In this document: one piece after another, positions 8,282-18,019 of the stretch
How the letters are laid out: each line of letters starts with the position of its first letter
Numbering within the stretch: the stretch's first letter is position 1
NCBI GenBank assembly: GCA_949288955.1
Contig: CASEMS010000003.1
Location: forward strand, 5,290-69,289
Source: an uncultured Lentisphaeraceae bacterium
GTDB taxonomy: Bacteria; Verrucomicrobiota; Kiritimatiellia; RFP12; DVOR01
Direction: 5' to 3'
DNA: 64,000 nt
Notes under the pieces: generated by a model
Seen by the model: only the letters and a program-made list of their open reading frames with translations
Database searches by the model: none
Told to the model about the DNA's origin: nothing
Program-made: the position numbers and the translations under genes

Positions 8282-10081
8282 ATGAAACGATCGCGTCTTC
8301 CGCTTGCCGCGCTCTGCGCCTTGCTCGCCCTGCCCCTCGCCGCCGTGGGGCGGTCGCCCGACGCCTTGCTCTGGATGCCGTGGGGCGACTCCATCACCGA
8401 GGGCGAGCGCGACATGGGCCACCCCGACCGCGGCGACGCCAACAGCCGCGGCGGTTACCGCTTCCAACTCTGGCGGGAACTCACCGAGGCGGGCCTGACG
8501 GTGCGGAGCGTCGGCTTCCGGACGGGCCACCAAGGCACGGAGGAGGTGGCGGAGAATCCCGCGTGGGCCTGGCATTGCGGCCTCTACGGCGGGCTGATCC
8601 ACCCCGCCAAAGGGAGAAAATACGGCGCGCAACGCTTCAACGTCGAGAGCGCGTTGGAGCACGCCGGGCACCCCGACGTCATCACCCTCCTGCTCGGCAT
8701 CAACGACCTCTCCTTCCTGCCCTCCGACGACCCCGCCGGCATCCGCGGCGTCTTCGCCTCCTGGGTCGCCCTGGCCTGCCGCCTCGCCGACCTCCGCCCG
8801 CACAGCCAGGTGGTCGTCGCCACCCTGCTGCCCGTCCGCCCCGGCAACCCATCGGCCAAACGCTTCGGCCCCTTCAACGCCCTCATCCGCGCCGCGGCCG
8901 AGGCGAAGGCGCCACCCTTCGACCGCCCGAACGTCCGCCTCGCCGACCTCTGCCGCCTCGCCTTCGCCGACGCCTTCGACGCGACCCTCTTCAAGCCCGA
9001 CGGCGTCCACCCCAACGAGGCCGGCAGCATCCGCGTCGCCCAAGCCTGGCGCCCCGCCTTTGACGAGGCGCTTCGCGCCTTGGAGGCCACGCCGCCCGCC
9101 ATCGTCCACCTCCACAACGGCGTCCCCGGGCAGGTGCGCGTGCGTCTCAACCGACCGGCCACGGCCTTCGCCGGCGCCACGCTCGCGTTGGGCGGCGGGC
9201 CGACCCTCCTGGGCGGCGCGCCCGATCCGCGCGACCCCCGCGTCCTCGTCTTCCCCTGCGCCACGCCCTTCCGCAACGGCAACGTCGCCTCCGCCACCCT
9301 CACCCACGGCGCGACGCGCCTGAAAGCCGCCCCCGACGCGATCGAACTGCTCGGCAGCGGCGCGGAGGCGAACGTCCCCGAGGCCTTCCGTCGCGGCTTC
9401 GTGCGGTTGCAGGCCCTTGACCTCGGCAAACCCGCCACCGCCCCGACCGCCCCGCTCGGCGGCCTCATCCGCCGCGTGGCCTACTACCTTGAACTCAAAC
9501 GGCCCGGCCTGCCGCCGCAGTTCGTCTGGGTCTCGATGGATGCCGCGCCCTTCGGCAACGACCCCGCGCGGGCCGATCTCCCCATCCTCGGCGACCGCCC
9601 CATCAAGGCGGAGGTCGGTAACCTTTCCGTCTTCGGCAATCGCGGCAACTTCGCCAAGTCCGTCCACGGCGGGCGCGGCCTCGTCGAGATCACGCCCTTG
9701 GGTTATGCCGCCGACGACGACCCCGCCGCCGTGGCCGAGGCCACGCCCGGCGCCTTCGGCTGGAACGATGCGCTCCGTGAAGACGGCGCGGGCTACGGTT
9801 GCCTCCAGGTGGCCCGGATCCGCGAAGACGCGGCCGGCACGCCCGCCGACCCCGCCGCCGAGATGCTCTTGGCCTACAACGGCTTCCGCTCCGGCCGGGA
9901 CGCCGACGCCGGGATCGGCTCCTTCGTCACCCATCGCGACAACCTCGGCAGGCAGATCGACGCCGTCCACGATTGGACCTTCTTCGCCCGCCTCACCGGT
10001 TACGCCGCCTACGCCCCCGCCGCCTACGAACGCCGCCTCCTGGAAATCTGGGCCGAGCCGCTCCTGCCCTCCGCGCCCTGA
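8282..10081 (+). CDS. Secreted SGNH/GDSL esterase, probably sialate O-acetylesterase-like, with C-terminal beta domain
   Basis: GDSIT, LLGINDL and DGVHPN catalytic blocks; signal peptide MKRSRLPLAALCALLALPLAA; starts 8 nt after the sialidase stop. Confidence 0.8.
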   Translation: MKRSRLPLAALCALLALPLAAVGRSPDALLWMPWGDSITEGERDMGHPDRGDANSRGGYRFQLWRELTEAGLTVRSVGFRTGHQGTEEVAENPAWAWHCGLYGGLIHPAKGRKYGAQRFNVESALEHAGHPDVITLLLGINDLSFLPSDDPAGIRGVFASWVALACRLADLRPHSQVVVATLLPVRPGNPSAKRFGPFNALIRAAAEAKAPPFDRPNVRLADLCRLAFADAFDATLFKPDGVHPNEAGSIRVAQAWRPAFDEALRALEATPPAIVHLHNGVPGQVRVRLNRPATAFAGATLALGGGPTLLGGAPDPRDPRVLVFPCATPFRNGNVASATLTHGATRLKAAPDAIELLGSGAEANVPEAFRRGFVRLQALDLGKPATAPTAPLGGLIRRVAYYLELKRPGLPPQFVWVSMDAAPFGNDPARADLPILGDRPIKAEVGNLSVFGNRGNFAKSVHGGRGLVEITPLGYAADDDPAAVAEATPGAFGWNDALREDGAGYGCLQVARIREDAAGTPADPAAEMLLAYNGFRSGRDADAGIGSFVTHRDNLGRQIDAVHDWTFFARLTGYAAYAPAAYERRLLEIWAEPLLPSAP

Positions 10082-10110
10082 CCCCGACCTCCCCCACCCC
10101 CTCGTCCCGC

Positions 10111-10521
10111 GCATCCGCCGCCGAGCCGTCGAGTCTCGGCGGCTGACTCTCCTTAGATCGGCGGCTGATCCACCGAGCGTCGGCGGCTACCTCACCGAGA
10201 CTTGGCGGCTGAGTCTCCGCGAAGACGCGGGTGCGCCGGGACACGTCGGCGCTAACGCCGGGCACATCCGTGCCCTCCCGCGCCGAGTGCCCCGGCTTCG
10301 GGGGAGAGGGCGCCTTGCCCCTGTGGCGCGAAGGCGGCGGGCGGGAGGACGAAACAAGGAGCGTTTCCGCCCCCGCCGCTTTCGCCCGGCGTTAGCCCGC
10401 CGTCCTTCGCGCACCCTCGCGTCCTCGCGGGACTGAAAGCATCGGCGGCTGACTCTCCTTGGATCGGCGGCTGAGTCTCGGAGACTTGGCGGCTGAGTCT
10501 CCGAGCGTCGGCGGCGAATGC
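10111..10521. repeat. 22-bp palindromic repeat array with one embedded 214-nt structured core (10217-10430)
   Basis: Units at ~10111, 10133, 10155, 10177, 10199, then the core, then 10439, 10461, 10483, ~10506; core nearly identical to 3308-3519. Confidence 0.93.
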
Positions 10522-10600
10522 GTCGAGGGTGGGCACGCCGCAGGGGGATTTGTGGTATACTGTGGCATAACTCGTGGCAAACGAACAGGAGGGAAGACCC

Positions 10601-11344
10601 ATGATGAAGTCGATGACGTTGCTGGTGACCGCCGGACTGACGGCGTTGGCCGTGAGCGGGTGCGTGCGCATGACGGACGTGGAGGCTGACGCGCGGTTGC
10701 GCTCGCGCGCCTATTCGGCGTTCGCCGTCGGGGACTTCCCGCAGGTGCGGGCGTTGGTGGCGGAGGCCGACACGCTGAACGTGCCGCAGGCGCAGCTGTG
10801 GCGGCGGACGTTGGAGCTGCGCATGGCGATGGCCGAAAACGCCCAGCATGGCGAGGTGCGCCGCTTCCTCAACGCCTGGGCGGCGCAGCGCGACGATTGG
10901 ACGCAAGAGGAGCGGGTGGACGCGGAGCTGACCTTGGCGGAGACCTTGCAGGGGCCCTACGCGGCGGATTGGCTGTATGACTTGGAGCCTTCGACGTGGC
11001 CCCAACCCCAGCGCACGCGCTACAACCTGCTGCGGGCGCGGTTGCAGAATGGGCAGACGGCGTTGCATGACGACACGGTGGCGCGTTGGCGCCTGGGCGT
11101 GAGGGGGCTGTATGACTCGGGGCGCCTGATCGCGGCGGCGAACGAGGCCGCGCGCTGCGCGAACGAAACGCGCAACGCCGAGGCGGCCATCGTGGCGGCA
11201 AAGCTCTACAACGAGGCCGGTGACGCCAAACGCAAGGGCCAGGCCCTCGCGGCGGCGGAGGCCTTGGCGCCGGATGACGCGGCGATCCGCCAGGAGATCG
11301 GCCAGATTCGCACGGCCCCGTTGGGCGCGCGCAGCGCGTTCTGA
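10601..11344 (+). CDS. Hypothetical lipoprotein, alpha-helical/TPR-like
   Basis: Lipobox AVSGC; Ala-rich helical repeats; GGAGG RBS; TGTGGTATACT promoter at ~10551. Confidence 0.7.
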   Translation: MMKSMTLLVTAGLTALAVSGCVRMTDVEADARLRSRAYSAFAVGDFPQVRALVAEADTLNVPQAQLWRRTLELRMAMAENAQHGEVRRFLNAWAAQRDDWTQEERVDAELTLAETLQGPYAADWLYDLEPSTWPQPQRTRYNLLRARLQNGQTALHDDTVARWRLGVRGLYDSGRLIAAANEAARCANETRNAEAAIVAAKLYNEAGDAKRKGQALAAAEALAPDDAAIRQEIGQIRTAPLGARSAF

Positions 11345-11371
11345 GGCCAACACAGAGGGAGAGCCAGAGAG

Positions 11372-11629
11372 ATGGATCCGGAGATCGAGGCGTTGCGCGC
11401 GGAGAATGCGCGCCTGCGCGAGGAATTGGCGCGTGTGCGCCATCAGTGGGAACGCGAGCTCGTGGTGGCCAAGGCGGCGTTGGTGACCGCCCAGGCGGAG
11501 GTGGAGACCCTTCGGGAGCGTCTGCGGGCGGCGATGATCCGCACGTTGGAGGCGGACGACGAGGTCTTCGGCGTGCGCGAGGAGGCGGCGGAGGCCGTCC
11601 GCTCGGCGCGGGCCACGGAGGGTGCCTAA
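11372..11629 (+). CDS. Small coiled-coil hypothetical protein
   Basis: Heptads EIEALRAENARLREELARVR; overlaps the next gene. Confidence 0.65.
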   Translation: MDPEIEALRAENARLREELARVRHQWERELVVAKAALVTAQAEVETLRERLRAAMIRTLEADDEVFGVREEAAEAVRSARATEGA

Positions 11630-12899
11630 GGTGGGCGAACCCGACACGCGGCGTTGGTCTCTGCGGGATCCCTCCGGGGCGGTGCGCAATGCGAACGTGC
11701 CGACGGCGCTCTTGGTGCGTTGGGCGGGCCAAGGGGCGATCCTGCCCGGCTTCGCCATCTCCGCGGACGGGGAGACGTGGGTGCCTGCGGAGACCCTCCC
11801 GGATCTGGGGATGACCTGGTACGTGCACGCGCCGGGGCACCCGCCTTACGGCCCGGTGGCGCGGTCGGCGGCCGAACGGCTTTTGGCGGAGGGCCGCTTC
11901 CCCAAGGGCGCGACGCTCTCGCAGGAGGTCGGTGGGCAGCCTGCGAGCGCGGAATTGCCGTTGGTGATCGAGGCCACGCCGGACACGCGCGGGCAAGAGC
12001 TAGAGGAGACGCGCCAACGCTTGGTGCTGTTGGAGCGCGAACTGCGCCTGAAGGACCGCCGCATCGACGAGTTGCGCCGCGAGGCCGAGGCGCGCCAGAG
12101 CGAGTTGGCGATGGAGGGGGCGACGGACGCGGGGGCGTTGGCCCGGCAGTTGGAGGGGTTGCGCCTGGAACATGCGCATTTGCAGGCCGCCGCGCAGGAG
12201 GCCGCCGAGGCCGCGGCCAGCCGTGAGCGGGAGCTGCGTCAGCGTATCGCCTCGTTGGAGACGGCGCTCGAAACGGCCCAGGAGGCCGCCTCGTCCACCG
12301 ACCTCCCGCCCGACGAGGCGCTCTTCGCCGTGCTGTCGCGCGAGGCGGAGGCCTTGCGGCGTGGGCAGGAGGAGGAGGAACGTTTCATCGAGCGTCTGCG
12401 CGAGCTGTCGCGCCAACGGTCGGCCCAGTTCGCCGACCGCCTCGCGGAGATCCGCCGTCTGGCGGGCGATGACCCCGAGGCCATGCGCGCGAATGCCGTG
12501 CGCGGCGCACGGCCCGTCGCAAAACGGGAGGACGTCGCGAAGGTGGACGCCTTGGAGAAGGCGTTGGAAGAGGCGCGGGGGCGCGAGACGGAACTGCAAA
12601 AGCAGTTGGTCTCGATGGAGGGGCGGGAGACGCAGCTGCGCGCGCAGTTGGGCCAGGCGGAGCGGCAGACGCTCGATTCGCTGCGCTTGGACGAGAAACT
12701 GCGCGAGACGGCCCAGGCCCTGGAGCGCGAACGCACGGCCCGCGAGGAGGAACACCGCGAGAACGCGCGTGTGCAGGAGCAGCTCCTGCGGCGCATCGAG
12801 GAACTGGAACGGCTTTCCCGTCCGACAAGCGGCGTGGTGGCGGAACCCGAGGCGGAGCCTCCTGCACGGGGAACCTTCGGATGGCTGAGGAAGCGTTGA
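11622..12899 (+). CDS. Long coiled-coil protein with N-terminal tandem GYF_2/DUF4339-like modules
   Basis: WSLRDPSG...W..QG.I...DGETWVPAETLPDLGMTWYV...YGPV; ~290 aa E/R/L/Q heptads; ends RGTFGWLRKR. Start may be 11631. Confidence 0.7.
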   Translation: MPKVGEPDTRRWSLRDPSGAVRNANVPTALLVRWAGQGAILPGFAISADGETWVPAETLPDLGMTWYVHAPGHPPYGPVARSAAERLLAEGRFPKGATLSQEVGGQPASAELPLVIEATPDTRGQELEETRQRLVLLERELRLKDRRIDELRREAEARQSELAMEGATDAGALARQLEGLRLEHAHLQAAAQEAAEAAASRERELRQRIASLETALETAQEAASSTDLPPDEALFAVLSREAEALRRGQEEEERFIERLRELSRQRSAQFADRLAEIRRLAGDDPEAMRANAVRGARPVAKREDVAKVDALEKALEEARGRETELQKQLVSMEGRETQLRAQLGQAERQTLDSLRLDEKLRETAQALERERTAREEEHRENARVQEQLLRRIEELERLSRPTSGVVAEPEAEPPARGTFGWLRKR

Positions 12900-13837
12900 G
12901 CGGGGCGGGGGCGCTCCCCCCGCTTTTTTTGGCGCCGATGGCGGAGTTCACCTCGCCGCCGATGCGTGTGCTGTGCGAGGAGTTCGGGGCCGCCCGCACC
13001 CACACCGAGATGGTGAACGCCGAGGGAATCTGCCGAGGGTCGGAGAAAACCCTCTTCCTGCTTGAGACCTTTCCGGATGAGCGGCACGTGTGGGCGCACC
13101 TCTACGGCCCCGACCCGGCGCGTCTGGCCGAGGCGGCGAGGCGCGTGGAGGCGATGGGCCGCTTCGAGGGGATCGACCTGAACGCGGGGTGTCCCGTGCC
13201 GCGCATCACCGCGCAGGGGGCGGGTGCGGCGCTCCTCAAGGATCTGCCGCGGTTGGGGCGGATTCTGGAGGCGGTGGTCGGTGCGGTGCGTCTGCCGGTG
13301 ACGTTGAAGACACGGCTGGGCCCCCACCCGCAGGCGCCGACCTGGCGGGAGACGCTCCACGTGGCGCGGGAGGCCGGGGTGGCGGCGGTGGCCTTCCATG
13401 CGCGCTTCACCTCGCAGGGCCATGCGGGGCCGACGCACCTGGGTACGCTCGCGGAGATCGTGGCGGAGGCGGGGGAGCTGCCCATCCACGGCAACGGCTC
13501 GGTGGTCGATCGGCCGAGCGCGGAGGCGATGGCGGCGACGGGGGTGCGGGCCTTGCTCGTCGCGCGGGCGGCCTTGGAGAACCCGGGCGTCTTCGCCTTC
13601 GCCCGCCCCGACCCCTGCGCCGTGGCGGAGCGTCATCTGGAACTGGAGGTGCGCTACCGCCGACTGGCGGAGCGGTTCTCGCGGCTCACGGCGGAGGAGG
13701 CGACGGTGCTGACCTTCCGCAAACATCTCTTCCGCTACTTCAAGGGACTCCCGGGGGCGAACGCCCTGCGCGGCCGCCTGATGGACTTGCGAACGCTCGA
13801 CGACCTGCGCACGGCCATCGCCGCCTTCCGCGACTGA
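12881..13837 (+). CDS. dus: tRNA-dihydrouridine synthase family protein
   Basis: LAPMA, HTEMV, IDLNAGCP, GAGAALL, VTLKTRLG, HAR, GNG motifs. Confidence 0.9.
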   Translation: MAEEALSGAGALPPLFLAPMAEFTSPPMRVLCEEFGAARTHTEMVNAEGICRGSEKTLFLLETFPDERHVWAHLYGPDPARLAEAARRVEAMGRFEGIDLNAGCPVPRITAQGAGAALLKDLPRLGRILEAVVGAVRLPVTLKTRLGPHPQAPTWRETLHVAREAGVAAVAFHARFTSQGHAGPTHLGTLAEIVAEAGELPIHGNGSVVDRPSAEAMAATGVRALLVARAALENPGVFAFARPDPCAVAERHLELEVRYRRLAERFSRLTAEEATVLTFRKHLFRYFKGLPGANALRGRLMDLRTLDDLRTAIAAFRD

Positions 13838-13850
13838 GAGAGGAGGACAG

Positions 13851-15146
13851 GTGGAAGACGAGGGCGAGCACGTGGGGCAGTGGCGGTGGCCGCTTCTGAC
13901 GGCGTTGGTGGCCGCGTGCGTGCTGGGCTTGGTGTCGCAGGCGGCGGGGACGCTGCCGACGTGGGCGCTGACGGCCTTGGCGTTGGCCCCGCTGACCTTG
14001 GGACTTGCGGCGGTGGGGGTGGTGCGTTGGCGGCGTGTGGCCAATCCCTCGGTGCGGGAGTCCGTGGGCGCCTTGTGCCTGGTGGGGGCGATCGGCGCGA
14101 ACGTCGTGCTGGGCGAGGGCGTTGGCGGAGCCTTTTGGTCTTCGGTGGCGGTGCCGATGGTGTCGGCGCCGCTCATGTTGGCGGTGGCGTGGCTGGTGCG
14201 CACGAAGCTGGCCTACCTGGGTGCGGCGTTGTTTTGGGTGGCGGTGGCGTTGAGAGCCTTCGACGCATGGGAGACGGCCGAGACGGGTTGGTTGCGCGCC
14301 GAGGGCTTCACGGCGTTGGGGATGGTGGCGTTGGGGGCGTGCGTGGGGCGGTTCTGGCGGATGGAGGGGGGCGATGCCCGGGATTGGCGCGTCCTGGGAG
14401 CCTTGGCGGAGACGGTTTTGGCGGCACTTCTTGCGTCGCAGTTGTCTGCCTGGGTGGACGATGGCGGCACGGACTTGGTCGCGTTGGCGGTGTGGTGGCT
14501 GGGCTTGCTCGTCGCGACGTTGGTGGAGCGCGGGTTGCCCTCCCGCCCCCTCTGTCTGGGACAGACGTGCCTTCTGCTGTTTGGTCTCATCCCGGGGCTG
14601 GCGCTGACGCTGCCCGATTCTTCGGCAGGGGCCTTGCCCGCCTGCCCGTGGTGGCTGGCGGGGCCGGTGACGGCGGCGACGGCCGTGGCGATGGTCTGGG
14701 TGTGGCGGGACGAGGGGATGCTCCTGCTCTTGGCGCCGGCGTGCCTGGTCGCCTCGGCGACGGCCTGCCCGGCGGTGGCGTGGGGCGGGGTCTTCGCCGT
14801 GGGCATGGGGATGGTCGCGCAAGGCTTGGCCCGGAGGTCGCGGGACGCGACGCGGGAGGGCCTTGTCGTCTTCGCGCTGATGGTGTTGGTGGCGGATGAG
14901 AGTAAGCGGATTGGCATGGCCGCCTGTTACTGGCTGTGGCTGGCGATCCTCTTGGTCTGGGTCGCGACGGAGGTGTTTGACGCGTTTTCGCGGGGCGTGC
15001 TACACTTGCCAACCAAAAAGGAGAGAGACCATGGACAACCATCCCGCCGACGTTTGGTTCACCGACCTGCACACCGTCCCGATGGGCGACAGCCAACAGA
15101 TGAAACTGCGCAAGCTGATGCTCAAGGCCGGGATCGACCGCATTGA
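13851..15146 (+). CDS. Multi-pass membrane protein of unknown function; hydrophobic part ends ~14980 and the ORF overlaps the next gene
   Basis: ~12 hydrophobic segments; GAGGAGG RBS before GTG 13851. Confidence 0.6.
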   Translation: MEDEGEHVGQWRWPLLTALVAACVLGLVSQAAGTLPTWALTALALAPLTLGLAAVGVVRWRRVANPSVRESVGALCLVGAIGANVVLGEGVGGAFWSSVAVPMVSAPLMLAVAWLVRTKLAYLGAALFWVAVALRAFDAWETAETGWLRAEGFTALGMVALGACVGRFWRMEGGDARDWRVLGALAETVLAALLASQLSAWVDDGGTDLVALAVWWLGLLVATLVERGLPSRPLCLGQTCLLLFGLIPGLALTLPDSSAGALPACPWWLAGPVTAATAVAMVWVWRDEGMLLLLAPACLVASATACPAVAWGGVFAVGMGMVAQGLARRSRDATREGLVVFALMVLVADESKRIGMAACYWLWLAILLVWVATEVFDAFSRGVLHLPTKKERDHGQPSRRRLVHRPAHRPDGRQPTDETAQADAQGRDRPH

Positions 15147-16146
15147 CTTCAAGGGCAAGTTCGTCGCCATCAAGCTGCACTTCGGGGAGCCGGGCAACCT
15201 CGCCTTCCTGCGCCCCAACTACGCGCGCACCGTCTGCGACCTGGTGCGTGAGTTGGGCGGCAAACCCTTCGTCACCGACTGCAACACCCTCTACGTCGGC
15301 GGGCGCAAAAACGCGCTCGACCATCTGGACTCTGCCTATCAGAATGGCTACAACCCCCTTGTTACCGGCGTGCACACCCTCATCGCCGATGGCCTCAAAG
15401 GCACGGACGACGTGGAGGTGCCTGTGCCCGGCGGCCAGTACGTCACGGCGGCGAAGATCGGCCGGGCCGTGATGGACGCCGACATCGTCATCTCCCTCAA
15501 CCACTTCAAGGGGCACGAGTGCACCGGCTTCGGCGGTGCGCTCAAGAACATCGGCATGGGGTGCGGCAGCCGCGCCGGCAAGATGGAGATGCACGCCGCC
15601 GGCAAGCCGACCGTCGACCAGTCCCTCTGCGTGGGCTGCGGGCGTTGCGTCAAGATCTGCGCCCACGACGCGCCGCACGTGGCCGACGGCAAGGCCACGA
15701 TCGACCACGCCAAGTGCGTGGGGTGCGGACGGTGCATCGGCGTCTGCCCCAAGGACGCCATCACCCCCGACTTCGGCGCGGCCAACGAGGTGCTCAACCG
15801 CAAGATGGCCGAATACGCCCTCGCCGTCCTGCACGACCGCCCGCACTTCCACGTCAGCCTCGCGATCGACGTCTCGCCCTTCTGCGACTGCCACGGCGAG
15901 AACGACGTGCCCATCGTGCCCGACGTGGGGATGTTCGCCTCCTTCGACCCCGTGGCCATCGACCGCGCCTGCGCCGACGCGGTGAACCGTCAGCCCCCCA
16001 TCGCCGACTCCCTCCTCGGCAAAGCCGCCGAGCGGCACGTCGACCACTTCGGCACCGTCTCCCCCACCACCGATTGGCGCACCTGCCTGGAGCACGCGGA
16101 GGCCCTTGGCCTCGGCACCCAGGCCTACACGCTGCACACGCTCTGA
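15031..16146 (+). CDS. DUF362 domain Fe-S protein with 2x[4Fe-4S] ferredoxin insert
   Basis: VAIKLHFGEPGN, LNHFKGHECTGFGGALKNIGMG, two CxxCxxCxxxC motifs, CDC, ASFDPVAID; AAGGAG RBS; TTGACG-18-TACACT promoter 14977-15006. Confidence 0.9.
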   Translation: MDNHPADVWFTDLHTVPMGDSQQMKLRKLMLKAGIDRIDFKGKFVAIKLHFGEPGNLAFLRPNYARTVCDLVRELGGKPFVTDCNTLYVGGRKNALDHLDSAYQNGYNPLVTGVHTLIADGLKGTDDVEVPVPGGQYVTAAKIGRAVMDADIVISLNHFKGHECTGFGGALKNIGMGCGSRAGKMEMHAAGKPTVDQSLCVGCGRCVKICAHDAPHVADGKATIDHAKCVGCGRCIGVCPKDAITPDFGAANEVLNRKMAEYALAVLHDRPHFHVSLAIDVSPFCDCHGENDVPIVPDVGMFASFDPVAIDRACADAVNRQPPIADSLLGKAAERHVDHFGTVSPTTDWRTCLEHAEALGLGTQAYTLHTL

Positions 16147-16208
16147 GCCTCCTTTCGGCCGGGGCCGCGACCGTTGTGGTATACTAAGGGAACAAGAAGG
16201 AGTTTCCC

Positions 16209-16820
16209 ATGCAAGAGACGAAAAACAATATGCTGGTGCCCATCGTGGTGGAGCAGACCGCCCGCGGCGAACGCTCGTATGACATCTATTCCCGCCTGCT
16301 GCAAGACCGCATCATCTTCTTGGGCGGGCCCATCGATGACACGGTGGCGAACCTCGTCATCGCCCAGCTGCTCTTCCTTCAGTCGCAGGATCCCAAGCGC
16401 GACATCGCCTTTTACATCAACTCGCCGGGCGGCGTCGTCACCGCCGGGCTGGCGATCTACGACACGATGCAGTTCCTGAGCTGCGACGTGGCCACCTATT
16501 GCGTGGGGCAGGCCGCCAGCATGGGCGCGGTGCTCCTGGCCGCCGGCGCCAAGGGCAAGCGTTACGCCCTGCCCAACGCCCGCATCATGATCCACCAACC
16601 CCTCGGCGGCGCCGAGGGCCAGTGCACCGACATCCAAATCCAGGCCGCCGAGATCCAGCGCATGAAGCAGACGCTCAACGAGATCCTCGCCCGCCACACC
16701 GGCCAGCCCCTGGAGACCATCTTCAAGGACACCGACCGCGACAACTTCATGTCCGCCGACGAAGCCAAGGCCTACGGCCTCGTGGATGCCGTGGTGACCC
16801 AGGCGCCCGCCGCGAAGTAA
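16209..16820 (+). CDS. clpP: ATP-dependent Clp protease proteolytic subunit
   Basis: [44 protein letters not shown]. Confidence 0.97.
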   Translation: MQETKNNMLVPIVVEQTARGERSYDIYSRLLQDRIIFLGGPIDDTVANLVIAQLLFLQSQDPKRDIAFYINSPGGVVTAGLAIYDTMQFLSCDVATYCVGQAASMGAVLLAAGAKGKRYALPNARIMIHQPLGGAEGQCTDIQIQAAEIQRMKQTLNEILARHTGQPLETIFKDTDRDNFMSADEAKAYGLVDAVVTQAPAAK

Positions 16821-16830
16821 GGAGGCAACC

Positions 16831-17865
16831 ATGCAGAACCGCCGCGATTTCCTGGCCTCCATCGCCCTCGGCGCAGCCGGTGCGGCCCTCGCGCCCGCCG
16901 CCTTCGCCGCCGACGCCGCGCCCAAGGCCGCCCTCCGCTTCAAGGAGGGCAAGCCCTTCCGCATCCTCCAAGCCACCGACCTCCACTACATCCCGCCGAC
17001 CGGCAAGGACAAACGCGGCCAGCAGGTGGACGATATGCTGGAGAAGGCGCTCGCCGAGGACAAGCCCGACCTCGCCATCATCACCGGCGACTGCGTGACC
17101 AACAGCATGATGGAGGAAGGTTGGGAGCGCCTGGCCGGCATCTTCGGCCGCCACAACGTCCCCTTCGCCGCCGTCATGGGCAACCACGACCACGAGGGCA
17201 AGCACTCGCGCAAGTCCATCGTCGAGTTCGTCTCCGCCCTGCCCGGCTCGCTCACGCAGGTCGGCCCCGCCGACGTCCCCGGCTACGGCAATTATGTCCT
17301 GCCCATCCTCGGGCCGACGGGCGATGCGCCCCGCTTCGCGCTCTGGTGCATGGACTCCCGCGCCTACGCCGCCGACACCCCGCTCAAAGGCGTCAAAGGC
17401 ATCGGCAAATACGCGTGGTTCGCCCCCAACCAGGTCGAGTGGTTCCGCGCGCAGGCCGCCGCCCTCCGCAAAGCCAACGGCGGGGAGCCGCTCCCCGGCG
17501 CCGCCTTCTTCCACATCCCCCTCCCCGAATACGACACCGCTTGGGCGCATGGCGACCGCAAGGCCATCGGTTCCAAGAACGAGGCCGTCTGCTGCCCCAA
17601 AATCAACTCGGGCATGTTCTACGCCCTTGTCGAGGCGCGAGGCATCCTCGCCGCCTTCTGCGGCCATGACCATGACAACGACTACGCCGCCCAGATCAAC
17701 GGCCTTGGCCTGGTCTATGGCCGTTTCACCGGCGGCACGAACACCTACCGCCACTGGGAGAACGGCGTCCGCATCATCGATCTGGCCCCCGACGGACGCG
17801 CCCTCCGCACCCGCACGCACACCCTCTCGGGCAAGTACGGCCCCGTCGCCGAATACGCCCTCTGA
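16831..17865 (+). CDS. Tat-exported calcineurin-like metallophosphoesterase (Dcr2-like)
   Basis: NRRDFLASIALGAAG signal; TDLH, TGD, GNHD, FFHIPLPEY, GHDHDND. Confidence 0.9.
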   Translation: MQNRRDFLASIALGAAGAALAPAAFAADAAPKAALRFKEGKPFRILQATDLHYIPPTGKDKRGQQVDDMLEKALAEDKPDLAIITGDCVTNSMMEEGWERLAGIFGRHNVPFAAVMGNHDHEGKHSRKSIVEFVSALPGSLTQVGPADVPGYGNYVLPILGPTGDAPRFALWCMDSRAYAADTPLKGVKGIGKYAWFAPNQVEWFRAQAAALRKANGGEPLPGAAFFHIPLPEYDTAWAHGDRKAIGSKNEAVCCPKINSGMFYALVEARGILAAFCGHDHDNDYAAQINGLGLVYGRFTGGTNTYRHWENGVRIIDLAPDGRALRTRTHTLSGKYGPVAEYAL

Positions 17866-17878
17866 GTGCGCGCGGGCA

Positions 17879-17915
17879 CAAAAAAGCCCCCGACCTTCCG
17901 GTCGGGGGCTTTTTT
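17879..17915. terminator. Bidirectional intrinsic terminator
   Basis: AAAAAGCCCCCGACC-TTCC-GGTCGGGGGCTTTTT between convergent units. Confidence 0.85.
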
Positions 17916-17924
17916 GTTTGGCAG

Positions 17925-17979
17925 TCATGCCGCGCGGCGGCGCAACGCCACCCCCGCCACGCCGAGAGCCAACACGCCA
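17925..17979 (-). pseudogene. Orphan 3' remnant of a PEP-CTERM gene
   Basis: Minus strand reads LALGVAGVALRRRAA-stop, nearly identical to the tail of 4884-5525; no PEP motif or ectodomain upstream. Confidence 0.75.
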
Positions 17980-18019
17980 TTTAGTCTCTCTTCCCCCCAT
18001 GCGCGATTGGAAGCTTGGA

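Noticed and set aside
10561-10579. Possible sigma54 promoter TGGCATAACTCGTGGC
   Set aside because: GG-to-GC spacing is off by one; an extended -10 (TGTGGTATACT) just upstream explains the promoter.
17983-18014. Single CRISPR-repeat-like stretch ending ATTGGAAGC
   Set aside because: One copy only, no internal palindrome, no cas context.
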